Shown here in pieces: positions 25,925-35,354 of a stretch of DNA of 64,000 nt (its first letter is position 1; each line of letters opens with the position of its first letter). This DNA is from a virus, in IMG/VR virus record IMGVR_UViG_3300038406_000196, positions 1 through 64,000 of that record, one strand, 5' to 3'. Under the pieces are notes generated by a model. That model did not search any database. It was given only the letters and a program-made list of their open reading frames with translations, and was not told where the DNA came from. Position numbers and translations under genes: made by a program.

Positions 25925-26398
25925 TCATCCATGGCGCATCACCACCTCGATCGGGTGCTCCTGCGGGTCGTAGCCGGCCCGACGTGCGCGGCGGATCAGG
26001 TCACCGGTTCCGGACTTGTCACCGCGCTGATCGGGAAACGTCACGATGTAGTCCGCCCGCGGCGTGAGGTCGGCGAGCCGCTGGTTGCGCCGCCAGCCGG
26101 CACGGGGGCAGTAGTCGGACCCGTCCCGCCGCGGCTTGCGGTGAACCCAGTCGGGGCAGCCGCCCAGGTCCTCGGGGACGGTCAGGTCGCACTCGGTCCA
26201 CCGTGCGGGTACCGGCTTCACCTGCCAGCCCCAAACCGCAGCCGCCTCGGCGACGATCGAGTCCACACCTGGTGCCGCGCCGTGGGCCAGCACCCCGAGG
26301 TCGCGGCGGACGATCGGGAGCAGCTTGGAGCCGATGAACTCCACGTGGCTGCCGCCGGCGAAGCGGCTCCCGGAGCAGATGATCCGAAGCATGCACAC
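25925..26398 (-). CDS. SLOG (DUF2493/YspA-like) protein
   Basis: IICSGSR, HGAAPGVD, AGWRRNQ, SGTGDLIRRA. Confidence 0.8.
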   Translation of the reverse strand: MCMLRIICSGSRFAGGSHVEFIGSKLLPIVRRDLGVLAHGAAPGVDSIVAEAAAVWGWQVKPVPARWTECDLTVPEDLGGCPDWVHRKPRRDGSDYCPRAGWRRNQRLADLTPRADYIVTFPDQRGDKSGTGDLIRRARRAGYDPQEHPIEVVMRHG

Positions 26399-26480
26399 CC
26401 TCCTTCCGTTTGCGCGAGTGCGGTTCGTGCCCCGCCACGGGCCACCCTGAACCGTGGCGGAGAACCAGCCCCACTAGCGC

Positions 26481-27098
26481 CTACTCGCCTTCGATCTCCG
26501 CGTCCTGCTGGTTGACTGCCTCCGGGTCGACCCGCTCCACCTGCACCGTGGCCTCCGAGCCAGCCGGGATCGTGCAGGCGCGGGACTCCGGGTCACAGTC
26601 CACGTCGAACAGGAACGTCGTCAGCATCGGCTCCGAGTAGAAGACTCCGATCTCACCGTTGGGCAGCACACAGTTCGCGTAGGTGGCTGCCACATCCGGG
26701 GGAACGTAGGCACCCCACGGTTCCATCTGCGGAACCGTCACATAGCCGCCCTCACGGTTGCCGGCGAGCTTGTCGGGGTTGGTCAAGTTGGTGCCGAACG
26801 GGATCGGGAAGCCGACGCTCGGGCACTGGAACGTGATCCCCACACCCTCCACCTGCTGTACCGTCCACGAGTCCGCCCCGTAGGCCATGGCGGCGTGGGC
26901 GGCGATCAGGTTCGCCCGCGCCTGGGAGGCGTCGTAGGCGTGCGGCGGCTGGGCCTGGTTGTACTGGCGCTGCACCCGCTCCGTGTACTCCGACTCTGCC
27001 TTGTCGCCCGCGTTCTGGCTCTGGCACGAGCCGGCGGTCAGCAGCACCACGCCGGCCAGTACAGCCGGGACGGCAAGCCACCTCTTCGATATCTTCAC
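26481..27098 (-). CDS. putative lipoprotein
   Basis: signal peptide with LTAGSC lipobox-like motif. Confidence 0.65.
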   Translation of the reverse strand: MKISKRWLAVPAVLAGVVLLTAGSCQSQNAGDKAESEYTERVQRQYNQAQPPHAYDASQARANLIAAHAAMAYGADSWTVQQVEGVGITFQCPSVGFPIPFGTNLTNPDKLAGNREGGYVTVPQMEPWGAYVPPDVAATYANCVLPNGEIGVFYSEPMLTTFLFDVDCDPESRACTIPAGSEATVQVERVDPEAVNQQDAEIEGE

Positions 27099-27493
27099 TC
27101 CGTACCTTCTCTCTCTGCCTCGACCTCTGCGAGGTAGTCCTTGACCGTCTGAGGGACCTCACCGTCATCAATGAGTGCGGCCCGCTCCCGGATCTCCCGT
27201 GTGAACGCCTTGATCTGCGACTCCTTGGCCGCGATCAGCTCCTCGTTGGGCTGCTCGGCGGCCTCCAGCTCGGCGATCTCCGCCTGCAACTCCTCGATGG
27301 CGCTGAGCTTCTGGAGCATGAACGTCTGCTGGGACTCGACATACTGGCGCGACTCCTGCGCTACGTCCCGCTCGATCTGCTGGCGCCACGGCAGGAACGT
27401 GGCATCCCAGACCATGACCAGGGCGCCGCAGCCGAACAGCAGAGCGACCCCCAAGGCGCCGGCCAGGATGGCGCGCCAGGCGATGTGTCTCAT
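27095..27493 (-). CDS. membrane-anchored coiled-coil protein
   Basis: N-terminal TM; coupled to the lipoprotein gene. Confidence 0.65.
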   Translation of the reverse strand: MRHIAWRAILAGALGVALLFGCGALVMVWDATFLPWRQQIERDVAQESRQYVESQQTFMLQKLSAIEELQAEIAELEAAEQPNEELIAAKESQIKAFTREIRERAALIDDGEVPQTVKDYLAEVEAEREGTE

Positions 27494-27936
27494 CCGTTCT
27501 CCTCTCGTTCGTTGGTCTCGGTGAGTTGGGCGGCGACCTGTTCGGCCACCTCCGGTGGCAGAGCCCAAAGCTTCTGGAATCCCCGGCACGGCACCGGTTC
27601 CGGCAGGGCACGCACGTCCTCCAGCCGCCAGTGGCATTCGCCGTCGACAGCCCACGGTCCGCAGTCGCACGGGTGACCGAAGTAGCCGGCGGTGCACACC
27701 CACGCCAGCCGGGCCGCGGCGAGCACGACGCTGGTCGGGTACACAGCGGGGTCGCCCAACGCTGGCAGGGTTGCCTGCGGGTACGTGTCGCCGGGTGGCA
27801 TCCACTTCTTGCCGGCGTGGATTGCCAGCGTCTCGCCGGTCGTCTTCGCGGGCGGGCGCCAGCCCCGGTTTTCGACCCGTTTGCCGTAGCGGGCGATGGC
27901 GGTTGCGAACGGTTGTAGCACCGTGATCGCTAGCAT
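27490..27936 (-). CDS. ASCH domain protein
   Basis: ITVLQPFA...GKRVENRGW...LAIHAG...PCRGFQKLW. Confidence 0.85.
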   Translation of the reverse strand: MLAITVLQPFATAIARYGKRVENRGWRPPAKTTGETLAIHAGKKWMPPGDTYPQATLPALGDPAVYPTSVVLAAARLAWVCTAGYFGHPCDCGPWAVDGECHWRLEDVRALPEPVPCRGFQKLWALPPEVAEQVAAQLTETNEREENG

Positions 27937-28340
27937 CAAGCCTCCCGGTTCGCGACGTCGAGTAGCACGTCGGCGTGGCACGACGGGTAGTCAGAGGGCC
28001 GGGTGGCAAGCGGGCACCAGCACGCCAGGTCACGCCCCGCCAGCTCCGCCTGAATCTCCTCCACCGACGGGTAGACGTCGCCGTACCTGCCGTTGAGTAG
28101 GTCCCACTCGAAGAAGCGCGCGGCGAAGTGGCGGGCGGTCTCCAGGACGCAGTACGACGGGCCGCCGTTCAGGTCCATGGGGCTGCCGTGCACCCGGTAC
28201 ATCACCGTCCATGGCCACCGGTCCAGCCGCTCCCGCGTAATCCGGATCGGGTTCCCCCACCTCGTGGGCCGGGATACCACCACGGCACCCTCGGGCTTGC
28301 GCCAGCCTTTGACGCGGCGGAGCTGGATGCGCTCAGGCAT
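27936..28340 (-). CDS. DUF4326 domain protein
   Basis: RPTRWGNP...LAGRDLACWC...CHADVL. Confidence 0.88.
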   Translation of the reverse strand: MPERIQLRRVKGWRKPEGAVVVSRPTRWGNPIRITRERLDRWPWTVMYRVHGSPMDLNGGPSYCVLETARHFAARFFEWDLLNGRYGDVYPSVEEIQAELAGRDLACWCPLATRPSDYPSCHADVLLDVANREA

Positions 28341-28923
28341 CGCCGACTCCGTGATCCGGGTCACGATCGTGGCGGGTAACAGCGGTCTCTGCACCTACAA
28401 GGCCGGCAGCGGCTACAACCGGGTTGGCGTCCTCGTCGCAGTAGATCCGTGCGTAGGCGTCGTTGACCCCCTCAAGCACCAACTCGGCCAGGGTGCGTCC
28501 GGCAACCCATTCCTCACCGCGCTGGTGCGCCTCAACGGCCTTCCGCAGCTCCTGCGCCAACTCGTCGAGGTACTCGGCCCGCTTCACGTCGGCGAGCGTG
28601 GCCACCTTCACCTCGATGTGCTCGCACGGCTCTCCCAGCGGGCGGATCTGGTTGCCGTCGCCGTCGAAGAACCAGTCGCACTCGCCCTCCATGCACTCCT
28701 CGCGACCCAGCCAATACTCGGCAGGGGCCAGCCGTTCCACCGCGTCCAGCAGACGCGGCACGTCCCGCGCGGAGTCGATCGCTGCTGGCAGTACCGCATC
28801 GGCCGCCGCTTTCCGGTCCGCGGCGAACATGCCGCCCTCGGCAGCGATCAGCATCAGTTCCACGGCCTTGCCGTATGCCGTCGACCGGTCCCGTATCTCC
28901 TGTAGCTCGCGGCTGTCGATCAC
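28333..28923 (-). CDS. hypothetical phage protein
   Basis: coupled ORF; ARDVPRLLD motif. Confidence 0.6.
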   Translation of the reverse strand: MIDSRELQEIRDRSTAYGKAVELMLIAAEGGMFAADRKAAADAVLPAAIDSARDVPRLLDAVERLAPAEYWLGREECMEGECDWFFDGDGNQIRPLGEPCEHIEVKVATLADVKRAEYLDELAQELRKAVEAHQRGEEWVAGRTLAELVLEGVNDAYARIYCDEDANPVVAAAGLVGAETAVTRHDRDPDHGVGDA

Positions 28924-29570
28924 CGGTCTGCACCTCCTTGGTCGAGCAGTGCTCGGGCCGCGGTCAGCCGGCGGAACTGCTCAGGATCGCCGCCGTAGTC
29001 CGGGTGCAGGGTTCGGGCGGCAGCGCGGAACGCCTTCGCACGCTGCTCCGGCGAGGCGAGCAGATCCGCGCCGACGAAGCCGTTGCCGGCGTGCGCGGCC
29101 AGATACTCTGCGGCCTGCTCCACCGTCATCCCGGTGTGGGCTTCGGCGCCGATCGCCTGCCACCCTCGGTACTGTTCGCCCCGCTTGGTCACCCCGTAGC
29201 GGTCAACGGCCCTCAGAGCCTGCAATCCAAGTGCGATCGCCCGCACGTTGGCCTGCCACGATGGTGGGTCGCTGTAGTACCGCTGCTCGTAGGTGTCGCA
29301 GGCGAAGCGCAGCGGCCCGTGCTTGGAGTCCAGCGAGACCACGGCCCCCGGATGTCGCACCACGGCGCGGGTGCGCAGCATCCCGTCCTGCCGAAGATCC
29401 GCCTCGTCGACGACCACTTGCACCACGAACAGGTCCGCGTCGAGCTGTTCGACCTCGTACTGGAGCAGCTTCAGGGTGGCGTCCCACTTTGCGCGGAACA
29501 CGGCACCCGAGCGGCGCGATGGCGTCTTTGCGTCGGTCCAGGCCGGTAGTGGGCGGAAGGCGTACCTCAA
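28920..29570 (-). CDS. J-domain-containing phage protein
   Basis: C-terminal AFRAAARTLHPDYGG...FRRL; NVRAIALGLQALRAVDRYG. Confidence 0.8.
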   Translation of the reverse strand: MRYAFRPLPAWTDAKTPSRRSGAVFRAKWDATLKLLQYEVEQLDADLFVVQVVVDEADLRQDGMLRTRAVVRHPGAVVSLDSKHGPLRFACDTYEQRYYSDPPSWQANVRAIALGLQALRAVDRYGVTKRGEQYRGWQAIGAEAHTGMTVEQAAEYLAAHAGNGFVGADLLASPEQRAKAFRAAARTLHPDYGGDPEQFRRLTAARALLDQGGADR

Positions 29571-30547
29571 CGGGACACCTCCTCGGGGTACTCCGACCAC
29601 TCACGGCCGTCCAGTTCCCGGCCGCCGGACTTCGCGGTGAAGCCACCCCACTGCTTGAAGTGGAACGCCACGCCCGCCCGCCGGCATTGGTCACGCAGTG
29701 AGCGGAACCAGTCCGGGTCCGGTGGTCGCACCTGTGGGCCGCTCTCACCCCCGGCGATCACCCAAGAGATCCCCCACCCAGGGCCGGGCTCCGTGCCGCA
29801 ACCTGGTTCGTGGACGTAGTACGGCGGCCCGTAGGCGCACGTGCAGCCCTCAATCTCGGTCAGTAGGCGAAGGTCGACCGGTCCGAGCAACGGCTCAGCC
29901 GAGACGAAGCGAACTACCGCCGGGCACTGCGCCAGGATCGGAATCCGCATGTCGGCCGTCTTCTGGTCCTCGGCGGACACCCCAAGCCAGACGCCGGGTA
30001 GGGCCGCCGGCCAGTACCGTGGCCCGTCCATCCAGTCGTACATGGTCGGCCCGCCAAGGAACTCCGCCGCAGCTTCGATCAGCTCAGCTCGGCCGCACCG
30101 GCTGGCCGCTGGGTCCATCGGCGGGATCGCCGGGTCGCCCACGTCGACCCACCTCCGGAGCCACGCGCGCATCCTGGCAGGCCGCTTGGTGAGGATCTGG
30201 AACGTGTGCCCCCGATACCGCTCTGGGATCAGCCCGGCCGACTGGCCCATGACGAACCACAGCGCGGCGATCAGCCCGTCCGGCACCTCTTCGTGGAACA
30301 GGTCTGACAAGCTGTTCACGAAGATCCGCTTGGGCGTTCGCCACCGCAGCGGCAGGGCCAACCGCTCGGGGTGGAGCCGTACGTCTGTCTTCCCGCCGAT
30401 GTCCGGGCTGTCGAACCGGCGCCCCTCCATGCGGAACGGGGGAGTCCGCTCGATGTAGCAGGATAGACACCCGTCGCTGACCTTCGTGCAGCCGGTGACG
30501 ACATTCAGCGTGGCCTCGGTCCACTCGATGGTGCTGTGGTCAGCCAC
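29567..30547 (-). CDS. phage Gp37/Gp68 (DUF5131) protein
   Basis: IEWT..GCTKVSDGCLSCY, FVNSLSDLFH, ILTKRP, SAEPLLG, GGESG, FKQWG. Confidence 0.92.
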   Translation of the reverse strand: MADHSTIEWTEATLNVVTGCTKVSDGCLSCYIERTPPFRMEGRRFDSPDIGGKTDVRLHPERLALPLRWRTPKRIFVNSLSDLFHEEVPDGLIAALWFVMGQSAGLIPERYRGHTFQILTKRPARMRAWLRRWVDVGDPAIPPMDPAASRCGRAELIEAAAEFLGGPTMYDWMDGPRYWPAALPGVWLGVSAEDQKTADMRIPILAQCPAVVRFVSAEPLLGPVDLRLLTEIEGCTCAYGPPYYVHEPGCGTEPGPGWGISWVIAGGESGPQVRPPDPDWFRSLRDQCRRAGVAFHFKQWGGFTAKSGGRELDGREWSEYPEEVSR

Positions 30548-30780
30548 GGTCCACCTCCGTCTGCTCGTCGGCGGCTGGCGGCTGGCGGAGCACCAGCGCC
30601 CGCCCGTACGGGGTCAGTTCCTCCCGCAGTGGAACGTCGGCCGCTGGGTCGGTGGCCATCACCAGCGGTTCGCCGCGGGTCTCCGTCCACCAGTCGCGGG
30701 CCGCGAGCAGAACAGCGGCGCCCAGACCGACGTCGACAGGCAGCGGCACGATCAGCAGCGGCGGGCGGGGTTCGGTCTGG

Positions 30781-31419
30781 TCAGGCATCCGGGTCGTCCT
30801 GCGCGTCCGCGATCAGCCGGGACGCCTCCGTGCCCGTGGCGCCGCGCGAGTACGAGCGGGTGGCGTGCGACAGGCTGTCGTAGGTGGCCTTGGTGCCGGC
30901 TGAGGTCGCACCCACCACCACCGTCTGCCCGGCGGCGAACCCGAGCCCACCGGCCTGCGTCCACGCGTTCGGGCCGGCTCCGAGGAACACGCACGACCAC
31001 CGGCCACCCTGCTCCCGGTCGGTGATGAGCTTGCGGACCTGCTCGGTGGTGTACTCGGTGGAGCTGTTCTCGAACCCGTCGGTCTGCACCACCAGCAGCA
31101 CCCGGTCCCCGTCGGCCAGGTCGGGTACGCGGGTCTCGAAGTCGGCGATGGTGCGGCCGATGGCGTCGACCAGGGCGGTGGTGCCGCCGGGCCGGTAGTT
31201 CCGGCCGTCGAGCTTGGGAACGTCGCCGAGCTTGGCGGCCACGCACTGCGACTCGTAGAGGTGGTTGAACAGCGCGACCGTGAGCCGGTACTTGCCGTCG
31301 GTGTCCTTGCGGAGGTCGTCCACGTACTGGTTGAACCCGCCGCGCACATCGTCGGCGAGCCCGGCCATCGAACCGGAACGATCGGTGATCATCAAAACGT
31401 GGGTGGTCGGCTTGGCCAT
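30781..31419 (-). CDS. von Willebrand factor A domain protein
   Basis: DRSGSM MIDAS, GTTALVDAIG, TDGFENSS. Confidence 0.9.
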   Translation of the reverse strand: MAKPTTHVLMITDRSGSMAGLADDVRGGFNQYVDDLRKDTDGKYRLTVALFNHLYESQCVAAKLGDVPKLDGRNYRPGGTTALVDAIGRTIADFETRVPDLADGDRVLLVVQTDGFENSSTEYTTEQVRKLITDREQGGRWSCVFLGAGPNAWTQAGGLGFAAGQTVVVGATSAGTKATYDSLSHATRSYSRGATGTEASRLIADAQDDPDA

Positions 31420-31424
31420 GGGTG

Positions 31425-32045
31425 CTACTCCTTCGTGTCGGTGTTGCAGTTCAGGCATTCGTCGGTCACATCCGGCAGCGGCAGGCCAGCCATTGCCGCC
31501 TCGATCTCCTCGTCGGTCACATCGCCGAGCAGGTCGCCGCAGCCGTTGCATGCCCGCTTCGTCGTCCCCCGTTGGCTGGTGGGGCTGGTGCGGATCGTCG
31601 GCGTCCACGTCCGCCCCGCCGGTACGTTGGCCAGGTCGACGATGTAGACGGTGACGTACCCGCGGGGTGGCCTCGGGTCGAGCAGGTGCAGGTGCTCGCC
31701 GTCGAGATGCTTCCGGTTGTCGTTGGAGATCAGCCCGTAGCCGGGTGCTGCGGCGCCCTTCGACTTCCCGGACGGCTTCCGGAAGAACGGGGGGCCGAGA
31801 CCATCGACAATCGTCTTTAGCGTGAGCGAGAAGGCGCTCCGGTCGTGCTTCTTGTGCGGCGGGGCAATCACGATGTCGATGCGAACCCGGCGCAGCCCCT
31901 TCGGGAGCTTGTGCCGCTGCGCCAGGGTCGCCGACGTGGCCCGCCACACCGGCCGGTTCGGGTCCCAACGGTGCTGGGTGCGGTCGTTGGGTGTCACCCA
32001 GTCGGCAGGCGGCTCAAAGTCGAAGCTCCACTCGCGGGCGGTCAC
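31425..32045 (-). CDS. RusA-like Holliday junction resolvase (divergent)
   Basis: RVRIDIV...HDRSAFSLTLKTIVDGL...ISNDN. Confidence 0.55.
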   Translation of the reverse strand: MTAREWSFDFEPPADWVTPNDRTQHRWDPNRPVWRATSATLAQRHKLPKGLRRVRIDIVIAPPHKKHDRSAFSLTLKTIVDGLGPPFFRKPSGKSKGAAAPGYGLISNDNRKHLDGEHLHLLDPRPPRGYVTVYIVDLANVPAGRTWTPTIRTSPTSQRGTTKRACNGCGDLLGDVTDEEIEAAMAGLPLPDVTDECLNCNTDTKE

Positions 32046-32314
32046 CGGGAACCCCCCGCAACCGGCTCGGCGTCCAGCTTCCGGAGCAGCTTCCGCCGCT
32101 GCCGCTCACTCAGACCACCCCAGATACCGGCCGGCTGCCGCGTCTCCAGTGCGAACGCTCTGCATTCCGGCTTCACCTCACAGCGGGAGCAGATCAGCTT
32201 CGCGTAGTAGGTGGAGCCACCCTTCTCCGGGAAGAACGCCTCCCCGTCGCTGCCCTGACACCCGGCTCGTTCCATCCACTCCGGCTGGTCGGCGATCGAT
32301 AGAACCCAGCTCAC
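32042..32314 (-). CDS. whiB: WhiB family Fe-S transcription factor
   Basis: four Cys (C..CSRC..C), FFPEKGGST, GIWGGLSERQRR. Confidence 0.95.
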   Translation of the reverse strand: MSWVLSIADQPEWMERAGCQGSDGEAFFPEKGGSTYYAKLICSRCEVKPECRAFALETRQPAGIWGGLSERQRRKLLRKLDAEPVAGGSR

Positions 32315-32748
32315 CGGGACTCACCTGCCAGCAGCCGGGTAACGGTGGCATCCCAGTCCAGCTGTTCGGTCTCCCGGCCTTGTGGCACCACCACATAGGT
32401 GCGGCGCAGGAACCGCACCAGCACGCTGCGCGGCACCTCGAACAGGGCGTTGCCGTCGGGGGACGAGAGCGCGAGCGCGACGGACTCCCCCCGTGGGGTG
32501 GCCCACGGCCACACCCGGACATCGCCGATCCCGGCCGGCTCGTCAAGCCCGGTCACGAGCAGCTCCCGCGCGAACGACCAGCCGGACGCCTCACCCCCGG
32601 CGGACTCGGCGTGGAACAGCACGTGAACCGCGTACGGGTCAGCTGGGTCGTAGCGGAGGCTGGCCCGCACCGGCAAAGCGGTGGCGTCGGGCTCGATCAG
32701 TCGTAGCGACGTCTCCACCTCGACGGTCGTCGGCCGACGCTCACCCAT
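32311..32748 (-). CDS. ssgB: SsgA-like protein, SsgB type
   Basis: LRYDPADPYAV, WSFARELL, GIGDVRVWP, LSSPDG, FLRRTY..VP.GRE. Confidence 0.93.
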   Translation of the reverse strand: MGERRPTTVEVETSLRLIEPDATALPVRASLRYDPADPYAVHVLFHAESAGGEASGWSFARELLVTGLDEPAGIGDVRVWPWATPRGESVALALSSPDGNALFEVPRSVLVRFLRRTYVVVPQGRETEQLDWDATVTRLLAGESR

Positions 32749-33055
32749 CGGTGCCACCGCCAGCGACGGGCACACCCAACGCTCCGGCGATCAACGCCAG
32801 CTCCCGGCACGGGTACGCCACCGTCGTCCCGCTGTTGTCCTCGTCCAGCTGTGAACAGCCGGCACACCGGTACACCGGGTGGTCGTTGCCGAGGTCCACG
32901 CAGATCGTGTGGTAGGCGGCGGGCATCGTGTCGCCCTGGTGCCACGGCTCGGGCTGGTGCAGGTCCAGCACCGCCCGCACTGCGGCCACCGCATCGTGGG
33001 CCGGGTCGGACTCGTCCAGCAGGGCCACAATCCGGGTACGTAGGTCAGTCGCCAT
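32741..33055 (-). CDS. hypothetical phage protein
   Basis: AVLDLHQP...CAGC...YPC motif common in actinophages. Confidence 0.65.
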   Translation of the reverse strand: MATDLRTRIVALLDESDPAHDAVAAVRAVLDLHQPEPWHQGDTMPAAYHTICVDLGNDHPVYRCAGCSQLDEDNSGTTVAYPCRELALIAGALGVPVAGGGTDG

Positions 33056-34502
33056 GGCCATCCTCCTCCGCTAGCCGGTCTTCCGCCCGTGCGATTTCCT
33101 CCGGGGAGTGCTGGACTCCGCGGGTACGGCAGTAGCCGCCCGGCTCAATCAGGTGCTCCCGTTCGATGAAACGTGACGTTTTGTGCCGCTCATCGAGCCA
33201 CCGCCTCGCGGTGATGGCGTTGACCGCTTGCGCGGCCTTCCCGTGGCGGTGCGACTGCCGGACGTACGAGCACGCCGGTCTAACATCGCTTCCATCAGGC
33301 AGCTCCCGGCGCAACTCGCCGGTGTCGGCCGCCAGGGCGGCCAGGTTTCGTGCGGCGTTCTCATCCCTGTCAAGGACGAGGCCACAGGACATGCACACGT
33401 ACATCCGCTCGGCCAGGGACAGCTTGGCTTTCGCTGTGCCGCATCCCGAGCAGGTCTTCGAGCTGGCGAACCAGCGGTCCGCCACGACCAGGCGCGCTCC
33501 GGCGCGCTCAGTCTTGTAGGTGAGCTGACGGCGGATCTCCGCCCAGTTCGCACCGGCGATGTGCCGGGCCAGGCGCCGGTTTCGCAGCATCCCGGCAACG
33601 TGCAGGTCTTCGATCACGATCGTGTCGAAGTCCCGGACGAGGCGCGCCGTCAGTTGGTGGGTGTCGTTGCGGCGCAAGTTCGCCACCCGCGTGTGGATGG
33701 CGGCGGCACGTCTGCGAGCCTTGCGCCAGCGGTTCGACGGCTCAACACGGGTGCGCCGGTCCGGGCCGCGGCGGCGGGCGCACGTGCGCTGGATGCGGCG
33801 CAGGTTGCACAGCTCACGGTCCAGGCGCCGCGTGTTGGGCACGTGCTCGCCGGTGGACAGGGTGGCGAGTTCTTTGATGCCCAGGTCGACGCCGACGACC
33901 CGGCCGCCATCCCGGGGTGTCGGGGCCGGCTCGTTGACCTCGACGGAGAACGCCACGTGCCACCGGCCGCGCTGGTGGGACAGGGTGGCCGAGCGGATGC
34001 GGGCAGCCCCCGACTCGACGCGGCGGGCCAGCTTCCGCGTGGACTCGTGCGTGCGGATGGTCCCGATGACGGGCAGCTTCACGTGGCGGCGGTCAGCGCC
34101 GAGCCCGAACGCGCCAGTGGTGAACCGGCAGGTCGGACGGGCTCGATGCTTCGACTTGAACCGGGGCATCCGGGCACGGCCGGCTTTACGGTTGCGCAGC
34201 GCGGTGGCGAGGTTCGCGCACCCGGTGGCGTATGCCTCTTTGCTGTTCTCCGCCCACCACGGCGCGGCCTCGGTCTTGGCGGCGTTCCACGCCTTCCGCA
34301 GGCTGTAGGCGGAGGTGTTGATCCACGGGGTGAGCTGGTCGCCGGTCAGGCCGTAGGTCTGCTCGGCGACGCGCTGCGCCCAGTTCGCCTTCACCTGGGC
34401 GAGGCACCAGTTGTAGGCGACCCGCGCCGCGCCGCAATGCGACCGCATCACCTCTGCCTGCGGTCCGGTCGGGTCGAGAGCGAACAGGTAGGCGCGGATC
34501 AC
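33045..34502 (-). CDS. tnpB: IS607-type TnpB RNA-guided endonuclease (no TnpA nearby)
   Basis: N-terminal HTH RAYLFALDPT, RuvC VGVDLG / IEDL / DRDENAARNL, zinc finger CSGC..CMSC. Confidence 0.93.
   Translation of the reverse strand: MIRAYLFALDPTGPQAEVMRSHCGAARVAYNWCLAQVKANWAQRVAEQTYGLTGDQLTPWINTSAYSLRKAWNAAKTEAAPWWAENSKEAYATGCANLATALRNRKAGRARMPRFKSKHRARPTCRFTTGAFGLGADRRHVKLPVIGTIRTHESTRKLARRVESGAARIRSATLSHQRGRWHVAFSVEVNEPAPTPRDGGRVVGVDLGIKELATLSTGEHVPNTRRLDRELCNLRRIQRTCARRRGPDRRTRVEPSNRWRKARRRAAAIHTRVANLRRNDTHQLTARLVRDFDTIVIEDLHVAGMLRNRRLARHIAGANWAEIRRQLTYKTERAGARLVVADRWFASSKTCSGCGTAKAKLSLAERMYVCMSCGLVLDRDENAARNLAALAADTGELRRELPDGSDVRPACSYVRQSHRHGKAAQAVNAITARRWLDERHKTSRFIEREHLIEPGGYCRTRGVQHSPEEIARAEDRLAEEDGHGD
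33140..33330 (-). ncRNA. putative omegaRNA scaffold plus guide overlapping the tnpB 3' end
   Basis: expected position for TnpB; IS607-like right end CACGTTTCATCGAACGG ending near 33159; boundaries approximate. Confidence 0.45.
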
Positions 34503-34810
34503 GACTCCCCCACCGGGGTCAGCCCGGCGTCGGCCTTCGCCTGCGCGACCGCCTCGTCCACCTCGGCCTGCGTGTGCAGCCGGATCGCTTCCGACATGGG
34601 GCACTGGTTCGCCTCGGCGATCTCGCACGACACCGCCCACGTGGCCGAGGCGCCGAGCGTGTTGGGTGTGTGCCACCGCTTCTCCGGATCACCCAGCCAT
34701 GCGGCGAGCTGGTCGTCCCGCAGGATCACTACCGGAAGCTCGCTGTCGTCTCGGGCCGGCCACAGCAGGACGGAATTATCCGGAGGTTCGGGCATCAGGT
34801 GCTCACCCAC
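34499..34810 (-). CDS. hypothetical protein directly upstream of tnpB
   Basis: GTGA coupling with tnpB; no transposase motifs. Confidence 0.6.
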   Translation of the reverse strand: MGEHLMPEPPDNSVLLWPARDDSELPVVILRDDQLAAWLGDPEKRWHTPNTLGASATWAVSCEIAEANQCPMSEAIRLHTQAEVDEAVAQAKADAGLTPVGES

Positions 34811-35114
34811 GGCGGTTCACCCCCTTCACGCACTCGCAGCCTGCCTTCATCTGCCGCCAAAACTCGTCGTCGAGGGCGGCGTGTACGGCCAGCCGGACGG
34901 TCACCCCCGTCCGCTGCCGTGCCTGCCGATCGCGGGCACGCGGATACTTCGCCTGCCACGCCTGCTCCTCGGTGGCGACCGGTGGCCGCGATGCGAACCC
35001 AGAGAGGTCAGCCAGTAGCACGGCGAACGGATGCCCGCAGACGTGGGAGAACACCCAGTCGCAGGCCGACAGGGGCACCATCTGGCCGTCCACGCTCACG
35101 TACAAGTCAGCCAC
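34803..35114 (-). CDS. hypothetical phage protein
   Basis: GTGGCTGA coupling. Confidence 0.55.
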   Translation of the reverse strand: MADLYVSVDGQMVPLSACDWVFSHVCGHPFAVLLADLSGFASRPPVATEEQAWQAKYPRARDRQARQRTGVTVRLAVHAALDDEFWRQMKAGCECVKGVNRRG

Positions 35115-35354
35115 GGCGCACCTTCCGCTCCCGGTACCAGATGCACCAGCGCCACACCCAGCCCACCAGGTAGATGAGCGGCACCGACAGGGCAACACCG
35201 ATCAGTTCCCCGACCACCGACTCTCCGGTCAGCAGCCCGTAGCCAGCGACCAGGACTACACCGAGCGCGGCGCCAGTCAGCCTGCCCGCCAGCACCATCC
35301 GCCAGCCCAGCCGATCCGACTGGTACACGACGACATCCCGTAGCCAGCCGATCA

